From Mytilus trossulus (Eukaryota), in contig NC_086382.1 in assembly GCF_036588685.1 (NCBI RefSeq), forward strand, positions 69,378,001 to 69,442,000: a stretch of 64,000 bases of DNA, written 5' to 3'. The notes below the pieces were generated by a model that saw only the letters and a list, made by a program, of their open reading frames with translations, made no database searches and was not told where the DNA came from. Position 1 is the first letter of the stretch. Each line of letters opens with the position of its first letter. A program made the translations under genes and the position numbers. Shown here in pieces: positions 27,474 to 40,149 of this stretch.

Positions 27474-27813
27474 AAGAATTGAATGCTTCTTTTTGTAAAT
27501 TTATTGGGGTGTAAAAGCGTTGACCGAAGTACATTTTGTATGAAGCACGGTCAACGCTTTTACAACCCTATAAAGTTACAAAAAGAAGCATTCAATACTT
27601 ATAATTACATTTTTTAGCTATGATCATGAAAACACGAATTTTATAAATTTTGTATTTTATTCACCTGTGCACTGTGCACTTTATCATGGGACCACGTGCT
27701 ATCATGAATGAAAAGTGTTATTGAGTGATGTAATTGCCTACGGAATAACACGTGATGTTCAGTAAACCAATCTAAATAAAGTATTATAATGAAACATACA
27801 TCTAATGTAATTA
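27474..27813. repeat. Foldback repeat: ~55-bp-arm palindrome at 27474-27601 plus flank
   Basis: attgaatgcttctttttgtaa..gtaaaagcgttgaccg / cggtcaacgcttttac..ttacaaaaagaagcattcaat; the flank is bounded by taattacatt / aatgtaatta. Confidence 0.75.
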
Positions 27814-30612
27814 TATAAATATGAAGTGATTTGGTTGTATTATTTTCTGGATTTAAGCATTACATTACATTGCAGTGGTGTTATTACTCGACGGAAAACA
27901 ACATGAAATGGTACAATGGTGGCATCGACCTACCAGCGAATATATATTTAAGTTCTTACAAAATATTTAATCAGAGGTAAAAAGAGAGGAAATAGTATTC
28001 TTATTCGATGCAAGTTGACGTTTTTGGTTTCTGTTGACTTGTTTGTAGTTTAAAGGCTAAGTAAATGTACCACTTTAAGTTTATCATTTGTGTGTTTGGT
28101 TTGTTGTCTCTTAGTTGTATACCCATTATCTTTTAATTCATCAGATAATACGACAAAGAAATAGTTATTGAATAGCTAGTCTTGTTAGATCCAGCAGAAA
28201 TAAATCATGATCGTTCTTTTTTAGTTGTATACAGTTATTATCACGATCTTCACTGTTTATTTGATATAACTTTATTTTTGATTACAATATATATAAAGAA
28301 ATAAACGTTAGCATTAACATTACTTACCAAATTCCCGAATTAAAGAATTTGTCTTTTGTTATTAATAAACAGTTTCCGACGAAAGTATTCACTCAATAGT
28401 AGGTCTTCATGCCATAATCTAGAAAATGCAGAACATTTTCCACTAACAGTTGAATTGTATGGTTTCCGTCTTGAACAAAGGATGCTATTACAGGACAGGA
28501 ATGAGTTGCATAAAACATCGTTGAATTATTCAGATAAGTTTATACACAGGCTTGATTAGAATCGAAATGGTACAATAAGAAGTTCGTCCCAGGAGTGCAA
28601 CTTGTGTTAATAAATCAATGTTATTACATATTTCCATGCTACAAAAAATATTACATTGTTCACTCATTTGATGTCGATTTCTTGAATGTACACACGCGTG
28701 AATATTTCTTATTACTAATGTATTACGTTTAATAAATTTCTATACAATATATCTGGTTTAATATTTATCGAATTAAACCATTAAAACAATTCGAAAAATA
28801 TGTCATCGTAATGGTGATTTTCAAAAGGCAACATTATAAGTCTGTTATGCTGCCATAGTGATAGACATGATAACTGCTTTGTGTTTCTTATCATGCGTCA
28901 GTTCAGAAAGAAGTCGTATACTACTTTGCCTTTGTCCGTGTGTATGTCCAGCGACATATCTTTTTTTTTAAGGAACTGCAAATCAGAATCTTGTAGTTAA
29001 TGTAGACTACATGTGAGCAACACACCGGCGTCTAAACAAGTGAAAACTCTACGATAGATATATCCATTTGGGTCACCAGTGAAGGTGGTACAAGGATGAT
29101 AACATATATTTTATATATGCCTTCGGGTTTATATGATTCTATTTCGACCATTCAAATTATATGGCTTTCCAAATACCGTGTCGATTCCTAACATTACCGA
29201 AGACACATTGGTTGTCGAAATCCGTACTATTTTTGGCACCTTTTGTTTGCGGTATACCATCTTTTCCGCAAGTTTATTTGTTTACTGTCAAATTAATATT
29301 TAAATTCCATTTGGTTACATCTGGTGATCCATTTATTTGGCAATCGCCAATGACAGTCAGCAGGGTTTAAAAACTAAATCACAAAAATACTGAACTCAGA
29401 GGAAAATCTAATCGGAAAGTCCATAATCACATGGCAAAATAAAATGACAAAACGCATCAAAAATGAAGGGACAAGAACTGTCACATTCCTGACTTTGTAC
29501 AGGCATTTTCAAATGTAGAAAATGGTGGACTAAACCTGGTTTTAAAGCGCTAATCCTCTCACTTTGATGACAGTCTCGTCAAATTCCGTTACATTTAGAA
29601 TGATGCGTGGTCTACACAGATTAAATTGTCACTGGAAAGTGCCATAGCGGTTAAATGTAATGTTTATTGTAATGTAATTTTTTTTTTTATTTCAATTCCA
29701 AAATATTTAATCATAGCAGTTGCAAGCTCATCATGATAATCGCATCCATCGTCTATCGACTTTCTGTCTAGCGAATAGATAAACCATGGTTTTATAGTTA
29801 GCTAAACCTCTAACTTGTATGACAGTCGCAGTAATCTTATTTTTTTTTGTCGCATTCCTGATCATCATCACTATAAATATATATCAAAAGTTTACTACAT
29901 GGCATCAAGCTTTTCCAGGTAACAAGTTTAGGTGTAATATAGAAGTATGATTCCTTTTCTTTCTGATGGTAGTTCTGAAAGTGTATCCGTTTTGTACTTC
30001 TTGAATATTTGAGTTATATGTAGCAATAAAAACGAAATTGTATGATAAAATAAAATCTTCTGAATGGTATATTTGTATATCTATGATATCTAGCGTGTCT
30101 TGTGTTTAGGAGATGTTCCAGAACAGATTTTGACATTTTTTAAGAAGTGCTATACGATTTCGGAAAATATTTTTTTCACGAACTTTTATTGATGAACTGA
30201 GTGAAAGGGTAAAATCATCACGGTTCTCTTAATGTTGTTCTATTTTCCACATTTCTTTATCCTTTATCGGTGTGTGCAAAATGTTTCTCTATAATAGTGA
30301 AAAATTGCCGAACTGTTCTCGGCAAATAATTGGTCGAAAATGAATTATGACGTCAAATTCTCTTGGTTTCTTCTGAATTTTACTATTGTAACGCCAGGAA
30401 AAATAAAAGGGCGACCATGTCTGATGGCGTCACATATAAAGAACATATATATACGTTACGCAAATCTTTGAAAAGGGAGAATAAAAAACATCAGAGAAAC
30501 AGGCAAGCCTCGAGCTTTTTAATATTAAAATCAAACTGTCTCGAGTGGATAATTATAGTAACACACTTGTTGCAGTGATGAAATCTAAATTTTCATTTTC
30601 AAAAAAGAGCGA

Positions 30613-30718
30613 AGGTCGGTGGTTTTCTCCGGGCACTCCGGCTTCCTCCAAAATAAACTTCGCCACGAAATAGCCCAAAAGTGGCGTTAAAACACTAACA
30701 ATCAATCATTTAATCAAT
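30613..30718 (+). mobile_element. SINE 3' fragment (V-domain-like) with (AATC)n tail
   Basis: ggttttctccgggcactccggcttcctcc ... ggcgttaaaacac..aatcaatc. Confidence 0.55.
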
Positions 30719-31347
30719 CGATAAAAAAACAGCGAGTTAAAATGGATCACTTCTATAGTTGAAGCGTATTTGAAAAATACTTAGTCAGTTAATTTATATA
30801 AATGTTTAGTCTTTTGACATCTTCCACTGCAGACTTTGTCTAATTTGCATTCGCCTCTTTAATTCGATAACATTTAAAAGTACAAAAGATAATACATCTT
30901 CCTATATCTATCTGATATTCAACTTCAAAAGCAGTCGGTCAATAAACTTTGAATTACGCTCCCCGAATATAATGGGTCCTATCTAGTCCGGCAGGTGAAC
31001 TCATATATACCAAGATATGAACGTTGCTATATACACTGCCCATATCTTACTGGCGATTAACATTATCTTTTGTTTCATTATTACCCAGTCATGCCTCGCT
31101 TAAGGAAAACAATACATCATACATCCCATGACGTTCCATATATTCTTATAGATTAAAATTTGAATAAATATTGTATTTATTAGAAGTATTGATGTGTTAC
31201 ATTGTATTGTTTTGTGTTATGTAACTATGTCTAGCATACTGCAAGTATATGTTTGTGTTCATGTTTGCATAGTCGGTCTCCTGTTGCTCTTTTTAAATGT
31301 GACTGTGGAGATTAATGATACAAGTTTCAGTCGTATTTGTTTGGTTT

Positions 31348-31378
<31 letters not shown>

Positions 31379-32042
31379 TTTGAGTATTTTCCTTCGTATT
31401 TACGACGTAGTTTATTGGGATACTTCATTGGAACTTGGTCAGTGAATACTAAAGAATAAAGAATATCCTTCTGTTTGTTGGATTAATAATTAACAGATGT
31501 CAAAAAAAGTAAAAGCAGTAAAACTGATAGAAAAATTCCTAAATATATGCATAAAGTACTTCTAACATAATGCTCAAGAGTTTCATAAAATCACGAAAAG
31601 TGCTTCCATTTCTAAATATTTTTTTAATCAAAAATGAAAAAGATAACAAGAATCACCTAGAACATACTGGACAGTACCATAAGGTCACCACAACAACCAA
31701 TAACGTTGGACTTCGCAGAAAAAATGAAGGTACGAACAAACAACATCCAGATAGTCTGAAAAGGGTCTGACACAAAATATAAAATGTATCAGATTAACAT
31801 ATAGACTTGTCTTTAGAACATAGTGCGGTCATATAAGGAAATGTTCGTCTAGTAGTACGTCTAGTAGTAGAGAGGTATCCGAAAGTAATACATAGTTAAT
31901 AATTGTGTATGTGCCTGTATAATGTGCTGACAAGTCTCTGTGCGTCTGTGCACCATGGATAAATTAGTAATTTGAGGCACTAAAGTCTGATTAAGTATCT
32001 CGCGCCCATCATATAGTAATAACTACACCAGAAGTGTGACAA

Positions 32043-34120
32043 TTAGTAGCCTTTCACAGTATCAATAAACCCACTTGCTCTCGAAGACTTTTTATATTCC
32101 AGTGCAATAATATCATCGTAACGTCTCAATGTTACTCGGATGCCATTTACGATTATAACGCTACCAGCTAGCACATCACGTGATTTCTGACTATCTAATA
32201 AAATGATCCATCTGAAAGACATTGGAAAGTACTGGAGAGATTTCATGCGACACTCTTTGTTTGAGAATAACAGAAGTTTCAGTTGATGGTACACGTCTTC
32301 ATGTGAGGCATGACTTCCGCCCAGATCAAACATCAAAGCATTTGGAATAGGATCCGGTTGTGATTTTGTTTCACTTATTTTAGCGTACTTTTTAATTTCT
32401 GCCATTACGTCATCAAATATTTCATTAGAATACCTGCAAAATTAAGAATAGCATACAAGGTTCATTTTTTTGTGGAGTTTCTGTAAAATTGTGAATTATT
32501 ATACTGTTATATTTTACAAAGTTTAAATATAGTTCCATGATTCGAAATGTATCCGTACAATTTAAACAAGCGGGACTTAAATAAAAGAAATAAGCCATAT
32601 GATACCATTCACACGCAACTTTTTTTTTAAAATAATACATTGATTTTTCAAAAGGTGTATCTTACAGGTAGTTTGTCCCTGCAAACTATTTTTGTAATGC
32701 TCCCGCAACTAAAAACTTGGGAGCATATTGTTTTAGTATACCCTTGTCCGTTCGTCCGTCCGTAACATTATAGGTAACCGTATATATAGTTATTCAGCAT
32801 AACTCCACCTACAGATTGAATCCTAAGAAGTTTTCACTTTGCTGTCTGTTCGTATACATAATTTTAATAATTATATGGTCAGGGTTTAGATTTTTATAAA
32901 TATTTTCTCTTTCGGGAGGTAGTTGAACTTTGTCAAATATGGTCAAATATTTGGGGGTATTTAAGCGGTCAAATGCTATAGTTAATTTTTAACACTTTGC
33001 ATCTGCGAGGGCATCAATTGTGTCTCGCTGACAAAAGGAAATTTTAAGAAAATCCTATACTGACTTTGTTATAAAACAGTTACTTCAGAGTGGAGTACAG
33101 GGACATCACTTTATCTAGTTAACAGTTGTTCTTGTTTTTAAGATCTTTTAATTTTACATCAGTAATCTAAACGCTGCACCATGAGTTGGTTGGCCAATAT
33201 GGAATGTCCGTTTCACAGATGATAGTGGATATGTTCCTAATCTACAATTCCGTCCCTTTTTGCACGAATGTGACCTGCCGACTTAGAATTGTTACCGGGT
33301 TTGCAACAACATGAGCAACACGACGGGTGTCACATGTGGAGCATGATACATTGTATGCTTACCCTTCTAGAACACTTAAGATTAACCCCAGTTTTTGGTG
33401 GGGTTCGTGTTGCTTAGTTTTTAGTTTTCTATGCTATGTTTTGTGTTCTTTTGTTTGTCTTTTGTGGCCGTGATGTAGTCAGTTCATTTTTGATAAATGA
33501 GGTATCTTTCTCCTCTCTTTGTCACCACTCTGCTCTAGATCACCAATACTAACATAATGATAAATAGACGAACTAAATGTGTATTATTACCTGTGAAATA
33601 ACTTTTTCAGTTCAAACTAATTCAACAAATTTTGCATGGGTGTCTTTAGATCGGAATCAGAAACATTAAACTGGACACATGTAACGGTTAAAGAACATAC
33701 GCCATTGACGAACACAACTATGACGTCATTGACGGATCAAATACATGACGTCATAGCCAAATGGCTTAGATTTTGTAAGCTTTTTTAACACAATAATTTG
33801 AAAAAAAATATCACTTACTTGACTTTTTCTTTCTTTGGTGCACGAGGTGTGTTTGATTTGGAGGAAGATTTATTAAATGTAGAAACAGTGGGCACCGATG
33901 TTTCTGATGATGTGTTCGTAGTTAACTTCACTGGTCCTTTCGTTATAAATGAATTTGATTTCGTCAGCATCTTCGGCTTCACACACTTTAGCCTAGTTTC
34001 ACCTTCTTTTAGGGAAGATTCCAATTTTGTTTTCGTCTTTGCCTTTCGTCGCCATTTACGAGCGAACTTTGTCGGTCGGATTTGTTCTTGGATAACAAGC
34101 ATTGCAATTCTACGAAACAT
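32043..34120 (-). CDS. Atypical RRM-like protein, paralog 2 (~230 aa, 2 exons; basic Ser/Thr/Lys-rich N-terminus)
   Basis: Exon1 34120-33819 (AA|gtaagt) joins exon2 32433-32043 (ttttgcag|G) in frame: ..KKEKVK-YSNEIFDDVMAEIKK.. Confidence 0.8.
33170..33520. repeat. Interspersed repeat fragment
   Basis: The ..gattaaccccagtttttggtggggttcgtgttgct segment recurs inverted at ~37640-37700. Confidence 0.5.
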
Positions 34121-34799
34121 TTTGAGTAAACCTCAGTCTCTTTACAGCGCAGTATATCAGTAAAACACTCCTATTTATACACAAAATGTTACGTTTAAAA
34201 AAGACTTGTTATTTACATAGGTATTCTAAGTAGCTAGTAGAACAAATTATCACTTAAGATTCTAAACAGATAAATCAATTTTTTAGCATAAAGTAAAACC
34301 AATTAAAGAATTTAATTTATATATATGTGGGTTAATAATTTAAATATCCTGTTTTTTATATATATATAAAACTTTTCATGTATGAAAACCACTTGATATG
34401 TCTTTTATGGTATATAGATCAAACGAAAGATAAATCATTTTGATTAAAACACGAAAATGTCATAAAATCGTTAATCGTCTCCGTCTTAAAGTTTTTTGTA
34501 ATCTTTTTAATTGAATGATATAACTTTTTAAAACTATAAATACATTTCTAAAATTTGGAAATAAGGCCAGTTATATCTGATACATAAATTGAATGATTTT
34601 CTTTGTACGCTGGTTTTCATTATGTTTTTATTTGTGTAGACACGGACTAATGTAGTGATCCCATTTAAACAGATTAAAATATACTAAAGCAAAACAGTAT
34701 ATACTTCAGAAACATCCGGCGTTTGTTAGTCATGTGTAGGTGAAAAAAATGTCAAAATAGGTGCAATTTGGGTACCGTCACGTTATTGTTATGCGTTTG

Positions 34800-35228
34800 C
34801 TTTTCTGCATTGGTTAGAGGGATAGGGGGAGGATTGAGATCTCATAAACATGTTTAACCTATAATGGTTTACTTTTTAAATTGTTACTTGGATGGAGAGT
34901 TGTCTCATTGGCACTCACACCACATCTTCCTATATCTATTAACCCCGTCGCATTTTTGCGCCTGTCCTTAGTCAGGAGCCTCTGCATGGCCTTTGTTAGT
35001 CTTGTATTGTTTTTAATTTTAGTTTCTTGTGTACAATTTGGAGTTTAGTATGGGGTTCATTATCACTGAACTAGTATATATATTTGTTTAGGGGCCAGCT
35101 GAAGGACGCCTCCGGGTGCGGGAATTTCTCACTGCAATGAAGACCTGTTGGTGACCTTCTGATGTTGTCTGCTCTATGTTCGGATTGTTGTCTCTTTGAC
35201 ACATTCCCCATTTCCATTCTCAATTATA
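34800..35228. mobile_element. SINE-like interspersed repeat, with an ~80-bp piece of a second family inserted at ~34860-34940
   Basis: Reverse complement of 44643-44942; the inserted piece matches the head of 38719-39120. Confidence 0.7.
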
Positions 35229-35687
35229 ATTGATTTTTTTTGTGCCATGATGTATATTGATAAAATGAAAATTGTGTAATTAAATGAGACAGCAACCCAA
35301 GAACAAATATAACCAAAAGATACTAGCTGTTACCCAGTGGACAACAGTAGAGGTATGTCAAGCTATTTGTTGCTCATTTTATTTGTAGTATGTTATATAT
35401 ATTTGCCTTCAATTACAAGCAAGGGTGTGTTGTCGAGAGCCTGTTTGTGTTTGGACACGCGACGTATAACAATCAGTAACCATGGATACTATATCTGCGT
35501 AAGATACCACTAGGTTATCGTTAACCTTAAATAAATAAGATTTTTTTCGCTCTAAAAGTATTTTATTTTATTCAATTGTGTTTTGAATAAATCACAAAAA
35601 GTATGTCCGATTGTAAGAAATGATGAGTGTGTCACTTTGACAAATTGTACACGACAATAAATGCAATGAATATATTTATTTTATTTT

Positions 35688-38620
35688 TTAATTTACTTTT
35701 ACTGTCTTCATAATTTTGGGTGCAGATTTCGCTTTTTTCATAGAAATCGGTAATTTCAAGTCTCTTTTCTCGCCTCTTATCTTTTCTAAATACAAATACG
35801 TCTGGTGTTCTCTGCTTGTTATCTCATCTAAGGATTTTATGACAATTTGGACATCATCAAGTCTGAATCCAGCACGAACCATGTGATCTGCTTCCAACTT
35901 GCTTGAAACTTCCACCAACCATCTGTTTCTCACAACAGTATCGCCAGCACGTACAGACAATGGGTCAAACTGTAGTTTTGTGATATCACAATTGAATTCG
36001 TTCACCAGCATATCTTTTACCTCTTTGTGAGAATACTTTTCATTTTCTGGTAGACTGAAGCACACCACTAGAGGATGTTTTTCTGGAGGTATTTTGAGTG
36101 TATGTGTAGCCGGGTAGCATCTATCTTCATATTTACTAGTATCCCATTTTTGGGGCAGAGCTGGCGATTCTTCAACATCCATATTGGCACCCGTCGATCT
36201 TATAAAATTGAAATATGATAGTAAAGTACAAGTAGAGCCTAGCACCAAAAAATATTTTAAACAAGAATGTGTCCATAGTACACGGATGCCCACTCCCATT
36301 ATCATTTTCTATGTTCAGTGGACCGTGAAATTGGGATAAAAAATATAATTTGGCATTTAAATTAGAAAGATCATAACCTAAGGAACATGTGTACAAAGTT
36401 TCAAGTTGATTGGACTTCAACTAAATCAAAAGCTACCTTGACTAAAAACTTTAACCTGAAACTTGCACTATCATTTTCTATGTTCAGTGGACCGTGAAAT
36501 TGGGGTCAAAAGTCTAATCTGGCAATTAAATTAAAAAGATCATATCATAAGGAACATGTGTACTAAGTTTGAAGTTGATTGGACTTCAACTTCATCAAAA
36601 ACTACCTTGACCAAAAACTTTAATCTGAACGAACGAACGGACGGACAGACGGAAGGACGGACGGACGCACAGACCAGAAAACATAATGCCCCTTTACTAT
36701 CGTAGGTGGGGCATGAAAACGTGTGTGAAATGTGCGTAGCCGTGGTAATTTTACTTTTATAAATACAGTTAATGTAGAATTTAACTATGTTGTAATATTT
36801 GTTTTCGAAAACTGTTGGTGTAACAATTTCTTTTAAATAGACCAAACAAATTAGAAAGAAAGAAAAATAAACATCACGCTTAGTTTTCATGTGCTCCTAC
36901 ATTTAATGTTTATTTTTTAAGGTATCAAATTCGATTGACTTTGACAACAAAAACCAGATGAAGTTAATTAGCATCCAGCAAATTTGAAACCATGCACCAC
37001 AAAATGAAATGTTTTTAACGATTATTATACGTTATGGATTTGGAATAAAGGTAAAAGTGCAAACAGCAGCCTTAGTTAAGTATATACATAAATTCATTTG
37101 TTCAATAATTTCCATACCATAATCAATATATTCACCAGAAATCGTTTTTATGACATTAATTTGGGGGGATTTCAAATTGTATCCAAATTGTCTACAGTTG
37201 CAATATGTTGACTGAATATATAATTAACTGAAAGTAAAATGTTTCCGAATAATGTTTTCATACCCTTTATCATTTATATTTTTTGTTTCACTGCCTAATA
37301 CAAATATTCATATATTTCTGATAAAAAATATGTTGACTGTCCCGTACAATTATTTATAATTAAATTTCATTTACACTAGATGGTCGCAATGTCCCATCGA
37401 GAATTGATACATTATTTTTTTAATAATAGCCATGCGCTATATTTTTTGGTGATTTGTTTTCCCCAAGAATTTAAAAGTCAATCATATTACAAGCTTTTCA
37501 TCTTCCCGAGTCTCGGCGAGTTTGGAATAAATAATAAATAAAGGTCATTAAAAGAGGGGCTAAAGATATAAGAGGAACTCATAAATCGAAAATAAACTGA
37601 CAAATAATACTACACAAGAAACAACATAGAAAACTAAAAACTGAGCAACACGAACCCTACCAAAAACAAGGGGTGATCTCAGGTGCTCGAGAAGTGTAAG
37701 CAGTGTTGCTCGTGATACAAAGCTATATTTTCCGTCAAGTCATAGTTTGTTTACTGTAAATGATGTATCATAGTGAATATGTGACCTTTTTGTATAATAG
37801 CGCATGGCTGGTGAATATCTAATCATAATACATGTATGACTAACGACTTTTCATAGGTCAAGCTTATAATCGTCACAAGCCTTGACGAGTTTTTGGATTA
37901 AACAAAAGCCATCAAATTATCAGTTTATGGTTTGTCTACTGTATCATAGTGAATATGTTACCTTTTAAGTAGATCTATATCTGGCTCATTAACCTCGCTG
38001 ACCTCACTGACTTCTATATTTGTAGATGTAACGAGAGTTTCACTTTTATCTTCGATCTCTGATGCATTCTTTTTAAACAGGGTGGCTGATGGCTTAGCTC
38101 TAGCTTCTTTTTCTCTGAAAGGATCCCGAAACCCTAACGACCGAATGTTTTCAGGTAGCTTATACTCGGAAGCTGTCTTAACGTCATCTGTAAATGAAAC
38201 CTGTCTTCCGTGCATTCCCACAGCTGCCGACTTTGGTCTATAAAGTTCGCCATTTTCATTCTCACTCCTATGGACTAAACATCCAGTTTTCGGCCTGACT
38301 CTGTCGGCAGTTTCTTTATAGAATTTCCATTGAAAGCTATCTATAAGCGGGTTGTAGGATAAAATTGATTTAAAACCTTTCAACTTTAAAATCTTGCTCA
38401 TCTTTGTACGTATTTCATTTTCGTTGCCGTGCATGTATGCTTCCAAGTATTTAACGTCCTCAGATGCACAAGCTTTGTCAAATAATTCATTGATATCTAC
38501 ATTGTTCACCTCTGCAGGCTTCGTAAAACAAGAAGCGGATCCTGCTCTATAAGAACTCAATGGTATATGGTATTTTGATTCTATATTACGTAAAATCATA
38601 GCCTGGCTTGATGTAGGCAT
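35688..38620 (-). CDS. Atypical RRM-like protein, paralog 3 (~389 aa, 2 exons)
   Basis: Exon1 38620-37962 (AG|gtaac) joins exon2 36198-35688 (ttttataag|A) in frame: ..DLLK-R-STGANMDVEE..; shares F.L...SH.(D/E)V...L..I..LQF..RW.V...S..D..D(D/E)I...E with paralogs 1 and 2. Confidence 0.75.
36259..36718 (-). mobile_element. Non-autonomous Helentron-like (HINE/pearl-type) element
   Basis: Two ~169-bp internal tandem units, (CGGA)n microsatellite, short atgccc/gggcat inverted repeats and terminal hairpin; lies in the paralog 3 intron. Confidence 0.7.
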
Positions 38621-38718
38621 TATACCAAGACCTTACTTACTTATTGAAGCAAACGCCATGACGACAAACAGTGACGTGATATTTGCATAACGACGTTCAG
38701 TTATTGAGTCCATTAAGT

Positions 38719-39120
38719 AGATATACGAAGATGTGGTATGAGTGCTAATGAGACAACTCTCCATCCAAGTCACAATTTATTTAAGGTAACAATTATAGGT
38801 CAAGGTACGACCTTCAACACGGAGCCTTGGCTCACACCGAACAGAAAGCTATAAAGGGCTCCACAAATTACTAGTGTAAAACTATTCAAACGGGAAAACC
38901 AACTGTCTAATATATATAAAAACTAGTAACGAGAAACACGTATAAATTACATAAACAATTTTAAACGACAACTACTGTACATCAGATTCCTGACTTAGGA
39001 TTGGTGCAAACATTTGCAGCAGGATTAACAGTTTTAATGGTACCAAACCTTCTCCCTTTTCTAAAACAATAGTTTAACATTACAACATAGAAAGACACAC
39101 TATAGAATATCAATAAGAAG
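38719..39120. mobile_element. SINE-like interspersed repeat
   Basis: aagatgtggtatgagtgctaatgagacaactctccatccaagt head recurs elsewhere in the window (inverted ~34885-34940; diverged ~2281-2320); related segments at ~1480-1745. Confidence 0.65.
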
Positions 39121-40149
39121 GCTTAACCTAATTTAAAAAAAAAAACACAAATGCAAATTAACACACAATGAACGAATTTTGATCTGTGATGCCTGAATGC
39201 AAATACATAGTTAATAATATATATACATATGTTTTGTTCTCTTGGTTTTGACCTGTGAATACTGTATGCAGATACATTTCTATAGTTAAATTACCAAATC
39301 AATTTTTTGAGCGTCTGTGACTATAAGTCCGAGATTTCTCTGATGTCTGACCTTTTTCACACTTGCTAGTGTCACGAGGGCCCCAGTAAAACCCCTGAGC
39401 CATACGGTAAATTATAATGTTTGACTTCAAAATGTTATCAGTCCTAACTGAGACTACTATATATACATGTATATGTGTTATAGTAGTCTCAGGTCCTAAT
39501 AAACATGATAAACCAGCCTTTTCACTCTTTTTCCTTTTTTTTGTAAACAGTTGACGTTAAGCATGATCATGTTCAACAGAGTCGCTTCCCGCTAGGGTAC
39601 CAAACGTTATCAGAACTTATTTTTAATGAGCCTTAAAGTGCAGTGACAAGTAGTTGACCTAGAAGTAGATACACTCCATCGTTGGAGGCTCTAGCAGGAA
39701 GATTTTGAATTTATTTCAGAAAGTTAATTATACAGAAAATGTCCAAAAGGAAATATCTTAACTTGCACTAAGAGTGACTATTTCATGTTCAAATAACAAT
39801 CGTGGAAGTAATATATAAAAAGGTCATTCAAATGTTTTCATGAATTATTTTAATAAAACAAGATTGAAAATTCAAATATAGAAAGATTTATAAGTTCTAA
39901 GAAATACCAACAATAAAAGATAGTGCTAATGACATCAATGGACAAGGAAAGAAGCACAATAAAAATGAGGTGTGCAAAGAATAAAATAAAATACAAGAAC
40001 TTTACTATATAAATCAAATCAAAACAGTATATATGTCACTTGATTATGACAAGGGACAAGAAGGTAATTAAAATAAAAATAAAGAAACGCTAGTTGGTCA
40101 TTGCGACAAGATAGTCATGATTCATATATTTAAGATGGTATGAGCGCCA

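Noticed and set aside
36199-36890. N-terminal 40 aa of ORF 35688-36305, and ORFs 36172-36420 and 36540-36890
   Set aside because: They lie in an intron and a Helentron-like repeat; a spliced model explains the gene better
37764-37966. ~25-bp direct repeat copying the paralog 3 exon-1 donor region
   Set aside because: A single short duplication with a weakened donor (gtcac); no evidence of use
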